Source: a virus
Virus record (IMG/VR): IMGVR_UViG_3300044608_002890
Length of the DNA stretch: 64,000 nt
Strand: one strand, 5' to 3'
Part shown: piece by piece, positions 24,889 to 32,808 of the stretch
Position numbering within the stretch: position 1 is the first letter of the stretch
How the letters are laid out: every line of letters begins with the position of its first letter
Position numbers and translations under genes: made by a program
The notes under the pieces: generated by a model
Database searches by the model: none
What the model was told of the DNA's origin: nothing
The model's input: only the letters and a program-made list of their open reading frames with translations

Positions 24889-25919
24889 AAATTGGATTTT
24901 GCTGCAAGTGGATTGACAATGTCGACCAAATCGATGGATTCAAGCCCCAGGACGATGCCAAACGTTTGAACACTAGAGTGACCACCGTAGCCTGGCTCAA
25001 TCGCCAGACTCAGGAAGTTGCCGAACAACGCCTCTGGGATCTTATGGTTCACAACATTGAAAGCATCAGATTGCTGGTGGAAAGGGTAGGTAATCTTCAT
25101 GAACATCTTAGGATGGTGCGTCTTGGTAGCGATATCTTGCCTGTTTATACCGAACCTACCTGGAGCTATTTTTGGCGTCGTCATGACGTTAGGGACTATT
25201 GTGAGCGCCATCTTCCTGTTGTGGGCGAGCTTGCTCGTAGGCGGGGCGTTCGCCTTAGCTTTCATCCTGGTCAGTTTGTTGTTTTGGCTTCAGAGAGCGC
25301 TGACATAGTAAATCGCAGTCTAGAGGAGTTCGAGTATCATGTTGACATGGCCCGTTGGATGGGATTTGGCAAAACCTTTCAGGATTTTAAAATCAATGTT
25401 CACATCGCAGGTCGGCAAGGAGCCGAAGGAATTCAAAGAGTGTGGTCCAGACTCAGCACCGAGGCCCAACGCATGCTCACCATCGAAAATGATGAGACTC
25501 GTTGGGGCTTGGAAGAAAGTCTCAAACTTAAAGACCTTTGTGCTCTTGTTCTCGATATCCACCATCATTGGATTCGTACTGGCGAATATATCCAACCCCA
25601 GGATTCACGAGTTCGTGAAGTCATTGAATCTTGGCGGGGTGTACGCCCTGCGCTCCATTATAGCCTGAGCCCCGAAAGCATCGTTGCAGATCATTGCCCT
25701 AACACCATGCCTTGTCTGAGCACCTTGGTGCAGAGCGGCAAGAATCGCATGAAGCTCCGAGCTCATAGCAATTTTTACTGGAATGATGCTTGCAACGATT
25801 GGGCTCTGAGCTTCGAAGATTTTGACATTCAATGCGAATCCAAAGCCAAAAATCTAGCTAGTTTTGCTTTGGCTGAAAGGCTAAATACAAATAAATCAAT
25901 CCTTCTTGAAGCCGCTTAA
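24885..25919 (+). CDS. uvsE: UV damage endonuclease
   Basis: IGFCCK, RLGSD..P, HPGQF.VL, H, IENDE, D.HHH, H, E.KAK motifs. Confidence 0.92.
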   Translation: MKIGFCCKWIDNVDQIDGFKPQDDAKRLNTRVTTVAWLNRQTQEVAEQRLWDLMVHNIESIRLLVERVGNLHEHLRMVRLGSDILPVYTEPTWSYFWRRHDVRDYCERHLPVVGELARRRGVRLSFHPGQFVVLASESADIVNRSLEEFEYHVDMARWMGFGKTFQDFKINVHIAGRQGAEGIQRVWSRLSTEAQRMLTIENDETRWGLEESLKLKDLCALVLDIHHHWIRTGEYIQPQDSRVREVIESWRGVRPALHYSLSPESIVADHCPNTMPCLSTLVQSGKNRMKLRAHSNFYWNDACNDWALSFEDFDIQCESKAKNLASFALAERLNTNKSILLEAA

Positions 25920-25920
25920 C

Positions 25921-26178
25921 ATGCCTGTATATTCTTTTAAATGCAATACCTGTGAACATGAATTTGATGTAACCTGTCGCATGTCCGAACGCGATGCCCA
26001 AAGTTGTCCACACTGCGGCGCCAAGGACTATCAGCCCCATTTCACCAGTCCGTTGTCTTTCGGTGATCCTGTACGCTTGGGTGTACGGACCCTGGACAAC
26101 GGTTTCCGAGAGGTACTAAGTAGGATCGGACAGGCTAACCCTCGCTCTGACCTCGGTGCCAAGCTAAGTAGAAAATGA
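25921..26178 (+). CDS. FmdB-family zinc-ribbon protein
   Basis: MP.Y.F.C..C.HEF...CP.CG. Confidence 0.85.
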   Translation: MPVYSFKCNTCEHEFDVTCRMSERDAQSCPHCGAKDYQPHFTSPLSFGDPVRLGVRTLDNGFREVLSRIGQANPRSDLGAKLSRK

Positions 26179-26252
26179 TCCACAAACATAACCATCCGAT
26201 GGGAGGACATGTCCATTAGGACCTATGTCCTCTGCTACTTAAGAGGGCGTAC

Positions 26253-26990
26253 ATGGCAAAAAAGATTCATGCAGTACAAGAAGCAAACCAGCCTAAGGTC
26301 ACCATTACTAATAAACTAAAAATTAGAATTGATGATCTTACGGTCATAGAGCCATTAACTGAGAACCAACGGAGATTTTTCGACAGTTATGATGATAGTC
26401 GCATCATGTTACTGCATGGTGTGGCCGGAACCGGTAAAAGCTACATAGCCCTGTACAAAGCACTGGAGGAAGTACTAGATCATGGCAACCCATATCATCA
26501 GGTAGTCATAGTAAGGAGCGCAGTACCCAGCCGAGAAATTGGTCATTTGCCCGGCGACGAAAAGGAAAAGACCGAGGTATATCAGCTACCCTATCAGGAC
26601 ATCTGCCAGAATTTGTTTGGCAGGCACGATGCCTTTCAGAGATTGTGTGAACAGGGTACTGTGAAATTCATGATAACAAGTTTTGTTCGAGGCATCACGC
26701 TGGACAACAGTGTGATCATAGTCGACGAATCACAGAACATGACTGACATGGAACTTAACTCCATCATCACCCGAGTGGGTGAGAACAGCAAGATCATATT
26801 CTGTGGTGACTTTAGACAGACCGATCTCTACAAGAAGACCGATATGTCTGGACTCAAGAAGTTCATGGTCATAGCCGACATGATGCCAAGTTTCAGAGTC
26901 ATAGAATTTGACGTCAAGGACATAGTAAGGTCCGACATCGTCAAGGAATACATTCTTGCCAGATTAAGTTATGAGGAACAGTACGCATAA
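26253..26990 (+). CDS. phoH: PhoH-family ATPase
   Basis: G.AGTGKS, IGHLPG, RG.TLD, IVDESQN, TRVG...K....GD..Q.D, RS..VK. Confidence 0.95.
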   Translation: MAKKIHAVQEANQPKVTITNKLKIRIDDLTVIEPLTENQRRFFDSYDDSRIMLLHGVAGTGKSYIALYKALEEVLDHGNPYHQVVIVRSAVPSREIGHLPGDEKEKTEVYQLPYQDICQNLFGRHDAFQRLCEQGTVKFMITSFVRGITLDNSVIIVDESQNMTDMELNSIITRVGENSKIIFCGDFRQTDLYKKTDMSGLKKFMVIADMMPSFRVIEFDVKDIVRSDIVKEYILARLSYEEQYA

Positions 26991-27136
26991 TGTACAAGTA
27001 TAAACTTTGGGTTCGTATCAACAGTTACCAAACTGCCGAAACCCTGATCTGGGCCAGCAATGATTATGATGCAAAAATGCTTGGTGAAGCCCAGTACGGA
27101 GCCGGTAATGTTCTTAACTATACAAGGATAGATTAA
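26990..27136 (+). CDS. Small hypothetical protein
   Basis: Manual translation MYKYKLWVRINSYQTAETLIWASNDYDAKMLGEAQYGAGNVLNYTRID; coupled. Confidence 0.6.
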   Translation: MYKYKLWVRINSYQTAETLIWASNDYDAKMLGEAQYGAGNVLNYTRID

Positions 27137-27781
27137 ATGGCCGATCAGTTTGATTTTGATTTCAGACTTGATCATGTACAGAAACTTTTACCCAGGATCA
27201 AAAATCCACAGGAATGGCACGAAAGTTTAAGTGAGGTTCTACCACAATACGACATCACAGATGTTCTTAGGACATCGGCGTTCATAGCACAATGTGCACA
27301 CGAAAGCGGTGGCTTTACCATGCTTTCGGAAAATCTCAACTACAGCGCACAGGGACTCATGGGTGTATTCAAAAAATACTTTCCTACCCTGGAATTAGCC
27401 AATGCCTATGCACGGCAGCCCGAAAAGATTGCCAACAGAGTCTATGGTGGCAGAATGGGCAATGGTGATGAATCCAGTGGCGAAGGCTGGAAGTTTCGTG
27501 GACGTGGTCTCATACAGTTGACTGGCAAAGACAACTACAGACGCTGCAGCGAATATCTGTTTGAAGACTGGACCTTATTGGAAGTACCTGACTGCCTGAC
27601 CCAGCCTTACTACGCACTGCACAGCGCCTGTTGGTTCTGGAGTGCCAATAAATTAAACGCCTTGGCCGATCAGCAAGACATTAGAATGATGACCAAACGC
27701 ATCAACGGTGGTTTCATTGGTCTTGAAGATAGAGTCAAACACTATAACCATGCACTAGAAGTTCTACAAGACCTACACTAA
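27137..27781 (+). CDS. Glycoside hydrolase family 19 endolysin
   Basis: FIAQCAHESGGF...ENLNYS...FRGRGLIQLTGKDNY...INGG..GL.DR. Confidence 0.92.
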   Translation: MADQFDFDFRLDHVQKLLPRIKNPQEWHESLSEVLPQYDITDVLRTSAFIAQCAHESGGFTMLSENLNYSAQGLMGVFKKYFPTLELANAYARQPEKIANRVYGGRMGNGDESSGEGWKFRGRGLIQLTGKDNYRRCSEYLFEDWTLLEVPDCLTQPYYALHSACWFWSANKLNALADQQDIRMMTKRINGGFIGLEDRVKHYNHALEVLQDLH

Positions 27782-28441
27782 GTGAAAAAATTTTGTCATG
27801 ATTGGTTGCCTGAGATTAAGCTTCAATCCGTAACCAATGAAAGCTCCGGAAAAAGAACCTATGCCACACCCGAGGGACAGACCTATCCCTCGGTCACAAC
27901 TGTTCTAAGTGAACATGGTCGCGAAGCCATTGCGGCCTGGCGTAATCGCATAGGCGCAGCTGAGGCCAATCGCATCAGCAATTCTGCTGCAAGACGTGGA
28001 ACACGCGTACACAAGCTCGCAGAAAGATATATAAAGAATGAGGAGATTGTCTTAGACAATCCGTTGCATCAGGACCTGTTCGATCGCATACGTCCGCATT
28101 TGGATGAAATCGACAACATCAGAGCCAGTGAGTATAATCTTTACAGTGACTATCTAAGATTGGCTGGTACCGTAGACTGCATTGCAGACTACAAGGGCAA
28201 GCCGCACATCATAGATTTCAAAACAAGTTCAAAACCCAAACAACGAGATTGGATTCACAGCTACTTCATGCAGGCCAGTGCCTATGCCATCATGGCCGAA
28301 GAACGCTATGGATTGACAATTCCCAGATTAGCCATTATAATTGCCGTAGAAGATAGTGATCCGCAGGTCTTTGTCGAACATCGAGATGACTGGGCGGAGC
28401 TTTTAATTGAATATCGAGACCTATACGAAAAAAGGAGCTAA
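27782..28441 (+). CDS. PD-(D/E)XK Cas4-like exonuclease
   Basis: YPSVTTVL, RGT.VH, AGTVDCI, IIDFKTS, YFMQ..AY. Confidence 0.88.
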   Translation: MKKFCHDWLPEIKLQSVTNESSGKRTYATPEGQTYPSVTTVLSEHGREAIAAWRNRIGAAEANRISNSAARRGTRVHKLAERYIKNEEIVLDNPLHQDLFDRIRPHLDEIDNIRASEYNLYSDYLRLAGTVDCIADYKGKPHIIDFKTSSKPKQRDWIHSYFMQASAYAIMAEERYGLTIPRLAIIIAVEDSDPQVFVEHRDDWAELLIEYRDLYEKRS

Positions 28442-28442
28442 A

Positions 28443-29024
28443 ATGCTAACAGTAGGTGATAAACTTCGTCCGTTCAAAATTGTCGGTGTAAAGCCCGGTG
28501 CTCTTACACCCGAAGGTGCCTTTGAGGACCTAACGGAAGCATCCTTCCCTGGCAAGTGGAAGATCATCATGTTTTATCCCAAAGACTTTACCTTTGTATG
28601 TCCAACTGAAATTGTTGCCTATGATAAACTGGTAAATGATTTTAACGATCGTGATGCCGTATTGCTCATGGGCAGCACTGACAACGAATTCTGCAAGATT
28701 GCCTGGCGCAATGCTCATGAAGATTTGAAGAAAACCAACTCATGGATGTTTGCGGATCTTCTCAAGACACCGCAAGACTATGACGAAGAACATCAAAGAT
28801 ATGTTGAAGGAGGACTAGCTCAAACACTAGGAGTTCTTGATGAGGAAAATGGTGTAGCTTTGAGAGCTACTTTCATCGTTGACCCTGACAATGTTATTCA
28901 ACACATTACAGTCAATAACCTCAATGTTGGTCGTAGCCCCGAAGAAACTCTTAGAGTTCTTGATGCACTGCAAACTGGTGAACTTTGCCAATGTAACCGC
29001 TCGGTGGGTGGAGCAACTCTATAA
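28443..29024 (+). CDS. ahpC: Peroxiredoxin AhpC
   Basis: FYPKDFTFVCPTE peroxidatic motif, LRATFI.DP, GR...E.LR.LDALQTGELC. Confidence 0.95.
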   Translation: MLTVGDKLRPFKIVGVKPGALTPEGAFEDLTEASFPGKWKIIMFYPKDFTFVCPTEIVAYDKLVNDFNDRDAVLLMGSTDNEFCKIAWRNAHEDLKKTNSWMFADLLKTPQDYDEEHQRYVEGGLAQTLGVLDEENGVALRATFIVDPDNVIQHITVNNLNVGRSPEETLRVLDALQTGELCQCNRSVGGATL

Positions 29025-29143
29025 TGTTTGAATACGCATCAATCTGGGATGTTTATGAAATCAAGCTCTATATCCTTTGCTTGAGTATTGCTGTGGCCAT
29101 ATGGCTAGGCAACAAGTTTTATGATCAGAGGAATAAGAAATAA
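29024..29143 (+). CDS. Small single-TM protein
   Basis: Manual translation 39 aa; TAATG coupling on both sides. Confidence 0.5.
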   Translation: MFEYASIWDVYEIKLYILCLSIAVAIWLGNKFYDQRNKK

Positions 29144-29757
29144 TGCTTGAACTCATTTGGGCACTAGGTGCCATTATCTTAATTGATGTAGTATTAGGCG
29201 GCGAAAACGCTATCGTTATTGCCATGGCCAGTCGTCGCCTACCACCAGACCTGCGTAAGCGGGCCATGTTATGGGGCACGGTTGGTGCAGTGGGAGTCCG
29301 GTTCGCATGTGTGGCTGCATTGACTTATTTGCTCATGATCCCGGGCTTGAGGCTCGTAGGTGGTCTAGCCTTGTTGTACATTGCCTGGACTCTGGTACGC
29401 GACAACAAAGAACAAGATCATGAAGTTCAGGCTGCAAGTACTTTTTGGGGTGCCATGGCTACCATTGTCTGGGCCGATGCTGTAATGGGTCTAGACAATG
29501 CACTTGCCATAGCCGGTGCAGCTGGTGGTAATTGGTGGCTTATTATATTTGGGCTACTAGTGTCTGTACCTATCATCTTATTTGGTAGTACTGTAGTAGC
29601 TAGAATCATGGAACGTTGGCCCAAAACTATATGGATAGGAGCAGCGGTGTTGGTAGCAGTTGCAGCACAGATGATTTGGGCTGAACCTTTGATACAGGAG
29701 TTACTACATGCTTCAAACATTGATTCAAACTCTGCTGCACCATCATCGAAATCGTAA
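29143..29757 (+). CDS. TerC-family integral membrane protein (YjbE-type)
   Basis: IILIDVVLGGENAIVIAMA, ADAVMGLDNALAIAGA, FGLLVSVPII.FG. Confidence 0.92.
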   Translation: MLELIWALGAIILIDVVLGGENAIVIAMASRRLPPDLRKRAMLWGTVGAVGVRFACVAALTYLLMIPGLRLVGGLALLYIAWTLVRDNKEQDHEVQAASTFWGAMATIVWADAVMGLDNALAIAGAAGGNWWLIIFGLLVSVPIILFGSTVVARIMERWPKTIWIGAAVLVAVAAQMIWAEPLIQELLHASNIDSNSAAPSSKS

Positions 29758-29886
29758 ACCTACACATCTCGAACGGTTAGAGATAGATTCGACTCATGGT
29801 GGTCATCGAGATCGTTCTGGTTTTATTGTCATTTTATTTTTATTAATATCGCTAATCATAGCATTAGCCCTTAGCTAAGGAAAAAC

Positions 29887-30399
29887 ATGAGTTGGGTTGA
29901 TAATCTCAAAGAAACCATACCAGACTATGCCAAAGATACCAGACTTAATCTGGATGCAGTAATTAAAAGAAGCAGTATTCCAGCCAACGAAGCCGAAGCC
30001 ATTGCAGTGGCAGCAGCATTTGCTACTGGCAATACCAAGTTCTGGACCTGGCTTCATAGTGTGATCACAGAACGTGCCGAGGCCGATGCTGCTCTTACTG
30101 CGGCCAGTCTAATGGCCATGAACAATGTCTGGTATCCCTATGTCGAAATGGCTGACGATGAAAATCTCAAAGGACTGCCAGCACAGTTGCGAATGAATGC
30201 TATTTCTACTCACGGTGGAACCACCAAGGCTCGTTTTGAAGCCTATAGTCTGGCTGCTAGTATTGTTGGTAAGTGTCATTTCTGCATCAAAGCTCACTAT
30301 GAGACTTTGAAAAAAGAAGGTTATACCACCGAACAGTTGCGAGACATTGGTCGTATTGCTGCGGTCATAACAGCAGTATCAAGGGTTTTGAATAATTAA
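29887..30399 (+). CDS. ahpD: Alkyl hydroperoxide reductase AhpD
   Basis: PDYAKD.RLNL, MNNVWY, FE..SLA.S..GKCHFC..H motif. Confidence 0.92.
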   Translation: MSWVDNLKETIPDYAKDTRLNLDAVIKRSSIPANEAEAIAVAAAFATGNTKFWTWLHSVITERAEADAALTAASLMAMNNVWYPYVEMADDENLKGLPAQLRMNAISTHGGTTKARFEAYSLAASIVGKCHFCIKAHYETLKKEGYTTEQLRDIGRIAAVITAVSRVLNN

Positions 30400-30410
30400 T
30401 ATATAATGTA

Positions 30411-30725
30411 TAGTTGTATGAAGCAAGCAGAAACATGCTGCGGACGCGGGTTCGACTCCCGCCTGGTCCACCAGAAGTATATTGCACTTCACTGATAAGG
30501 AAGACTGGTCGGCTGTATTCAACTGGCTAGTGCAGTATACTTCTGATGGGCCAGACATGGTTTCGACGGGGCAAATAGTAAGTAAGTGGACAACTCGTTA
30601 GGCGAAGGACGTAATCCTAGCAAATCAAATAGACGCAAACGACGACTATTTCTATCAGGACCTTAAGCTAGCCGCTTAAACCTGACGGGGTTTTGGCAGT
30701 TCACCTTGTTACCAAACGAACTGCC
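30411..30725 (+). ncRNA. ssrA: Circularly permuted (two-piece) tmRNA
   Basis: T-arm GCGGG-TTCGACT-CCCGC and CTGGTCC-A-CCA (30446-30473) precede 5' acceptor strand GGGCCAG (30548-54) with G3:U70; tag GCA AAC GAC...GCC GCT TAA = ANDDYFYQDLKLAA (30635-79); outer ends approximate. Confidence 0.9.
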
Positions 30726-30746
30726 TATCACACACAAGGAGTTTTA

Positions 30747-31292
30747 ATGAAAAAGACTGTATTAGCATTAGCCTTAGCAATGTCAGCTGCTGCATCTCAA
30801 GCAGCTAACTTTGTTAGTTTCGATGTAGATCAGGTTACTGATACCCGCACTCGAGCAGGTAGCACTGCTCAATATTTTCGTGCAGGCAAAGACATGATGG
30901 GCCTCAACATGGGATTTCAGGTTCGAACCGCTGTGTTTGACAAAGGCGGAATGCTTAATAGTGTCGAAGCCACTGCAGGAAAAGACCTCATCAAAGGTAT
31001 CAATGTATTCGGTGGCGTTGGCTATGACAATGGTTTCAATGGCAAAGTCAATGGAGATTTTACCTATGGATTGGTTGGTTTAAGCACAGGTGCTCCAGTT
31101 GGACCGGCATGGGCATTTGGTGGCGTAAAAACACGTGTAAACTGGGATGACAACAACCCCAAACAGACTGTTACCTATGCTGGTGTAAGTGTTCCATTGA
31201 ACAAGGCCATAAGTGTTAGTGCTAGCCTGAGCCGTTCCATGCAAGACATCCAAGAAAAGGCCTATGGCGTTGGCCTAAGAGTATCTTACTAA
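30747..31292 (+). CDS. Outer-membrane beta-barrel protein
   Basis: Signal peptide MKKTVLALALAMSAAASQA, alternating beta-strands, C-terminal beta-signal GVGLRVSY; AAGGAG RBS. Confidence 0.75.
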   Translation: MKKTVLALALAMSAAASQAANFVSFDVDQVTDTRTRAGSTAQYFRAGKDMMGLNMGFQVRTAVFDKGGMLNSVEATAGKDLIKGINVFGGVGYDNGFNGKVNGDFTYGLVGLSTGAPVGPAWAFGGVKTRVNWDDNNPKQTVTYAGVSVPLNKAISVSASLSRSMQDIQEKAYGVGLRVSY

Positions 31293-31295
31293 GTC

Positions 31296-31313
31296 AGCGG
31301 AGCAATCCGCTTT
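31296..31313 (+). terminator. Intrinsic terminator-like hairpin
   Basis: AGCGGA-GCAA-TCCGCT followed by a short T run. Confidence 0.55.
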
Positions 31314-31316
31314 ATA

Positions 31317-31898
31317 ATGAATACTAGCATTTTATGTGAAAGACCCCTGGTAACGATCTTTGAAGATTTTTTAGATTCGGAAACCTGTAAAAAATTCATA
31401 GAATACCCCTGGCCTTGGGTCAAGAGCACGGGGTATGATCACGACACACTTAAGGCCAAACCTACGGCACATAGAACCAGTTCTACAAACTATATCTATG
31501 AAAATTTGAGGTTTTATGATTTTGTTGCCTATACCAAAGCAAAAATATCTCAGACTCTAAAGGTAAGATCGCAGAGGTTTGAGTTTTTGCAAATGCAAAA
31601 GTATGCCCCTGGTGAGCAATACAAAGAGCATTATGATTATTTTTTTCATGGACCAGAATGCCAGAACAACAGAGTTGGTACCCTGATAATCTATTTAAAC
31701 GATGATTTTTCTGGGGGCGGCACAACTTTTCATAAACTAGACTTTACGGTGTTACCTAAAACCGGAAGGGCATTATACTTCCAATACAATTATGAACCGG
31801 ACGTAAATCTATTGACAGAACACAGTGGAGACCCTATACTAGAGGGTAATAAGTACATAGTTACTGCTTGGTTCAGAAACGGTAACTGGAGTCTATAA
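31317..31898 (+). CDS. 2OG-Fe(II) oxygenase, prolyl 4-hydroxylase-like
   Basis: RTS, Y..H.DYF (HxD), T..IYLN...GG.T.F, P..G.AL.F, H...P...G.KY....W. Confidence 0.9.
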   Translation: MNTSILCERPLVTIFEDFLDSETCKKFIEYPWPWVKSTGYDHDTLKAKPTAHRTSSTNYIYENLRFYDFVAYTKAKISQTLKVRSQRFEFLQMQKYAPGEQYKEHYDYFFHGPECQNNRVGTLIIYLNDDFSGGGTTFHKLDFTVLPKTGRALYFQYNYEPDVNLLTEHSGDPILEGNKYIVTAWFRNGNWSL

Positions 31899-31901
31899 AT
31901 A
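31894..31901 (+). promoter_or_regulatory. T4-type late promoter
   Basis: Perfect TATAAATA upstream of 31958. Confidence 0.7.
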
Positions 31902-31957
31902 TTTGGAGTTCTCGATCTCCTAAAATCGAACACACTACACACAAACAGGAGAAACAC

Positions 31958-32230
31958 ATGAGTAACATGACACCCTACGAGATTCGTCTCGATCTTTTGA
32001 AAATGGCTCAGGCCATGCTTGAACAAGATTACTATGGTAAACGCGAAGCCATAAGCAATGACTGGCAGGTAAGAGTAGACAATGCCCGCCACGCAGGAAC
32101 ACAGCCACCAGATCATCCTGGCTATCCTAGCTATCCTTCTGAAGCCGAAATCATAGCCAAAGCGGCCATACTCAACGGCTTTGTATCTCAAACAACAGCA
32201 ACCCCCTTAGAGAAAACTTCTAAGAAGTAA
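31958..32230 (+). CDS. Conserved phage hypothetical protein
   Basis: TPYEIRL.LLKMA...P.YP...EII.KA..LN.FVS; CAGGAG RBS. Confidence 0.75.
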   Translation: MSNMTPYEIRLDLLKMAQAMLEQDYYGKREAISNDWQVRVDNARHAGTQPPDHPGYPSYPSEAEIIAKAAILNGFVSQTTATPLEKTSKK

Positions 32231-32270
32231 TCTTGGCTGGAGATCTTAGGATCTCCTTTCGGAGAAATTC

Positions 32271-32804
32271 ATGGAACGAATTCTTAAACCTGTTTTATTG
32301 CTATTGGCTGGATTTTTGGTTGCAACCATGATTTTGAAAGTTGTAAATTTAAAGTTTGATCATCTACGCAACACTGAGCCTATGCAGGCAAACAGTATAA
32401 CTGTCAAAGAACGTGAACGACAGTTAGAATGTTTGACACGAAACATTTACTATGAAGCTGCTCGCGAACCCTTTGAAGGCAAAGTAGCCGTAGCACAGGT
32501 TACGCTGAATCGCACCGAGAGTGGTGTTTTTCCTAAGGACATCTGCAAGACCATCTATCAGAAGAATGTATTTTTTGATAAAGTTATCTGTCAGTTCAGC
32601 TGGTATTGTGAACGTGCTACTCAGAAACGGCCTTTGCATGAAGAGGCTTACGAAGAATGCTACAGAGTAGCCAAAAAGGTCTTGCTCGAAGGTTTTAGAC
32701 TCGAAGGGTTGACCGAAGCCTTGTATTATCATGCAAATTACGTGAACCCAGGTTGGAAGAAAGAAAAAGTTGCCACCATTGGTAACCACATTTTCTATAA
32801 ATAA
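32271..32804 (+). CDS. SleB/Hydrolase_2 cell-wall hydrolase with N-terminal TM anchor
   Basis: CL..NIYYEAA.EP.EGK.AVAQVTLNR, CQFSW, YYHA.YV.P.W, IGNHIFY. Confidence 0.92.
   Translation: MERILKPVLLLLAGFLVATMILKVVNLKFDHLRNTEPMQANSITVKERERQLECLTRNIYYEAAREPFEGKVAVAQVTLNRTESGVFPKDICKTIYQKNVFFDKVICQFSWYCERATQKRPLHEEAYEECYRVAKKVLLEGFRLEGLTEALYYHANYVNPGWKKEKVATIGNHIFYK
32796..32803 (+). promoter_or_regulatory. T4-type late promoter
   Basis: Perfect TATAAATA immediately upstream of ATG 32809. Confidence 0.6.
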
Positions 32805-32808
32805 TATC

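Noticed and set aside
30446-30473. Stand-alone tRNA-Ala
   Set aside because: Only a T-arm and acceptor 3' strand are present; no anticodon arm. The 5' strand lies downstream, which fits a permuted tmRNA.
30728-31957. ACACAC...AGGAG leaders (30730 and 31940) as CsrA sites
   Set aside because: GGA coincides with the SD and the CA-rich run is a generic unstructured enhancer; no additional GGA hairpins support CsrA binding.
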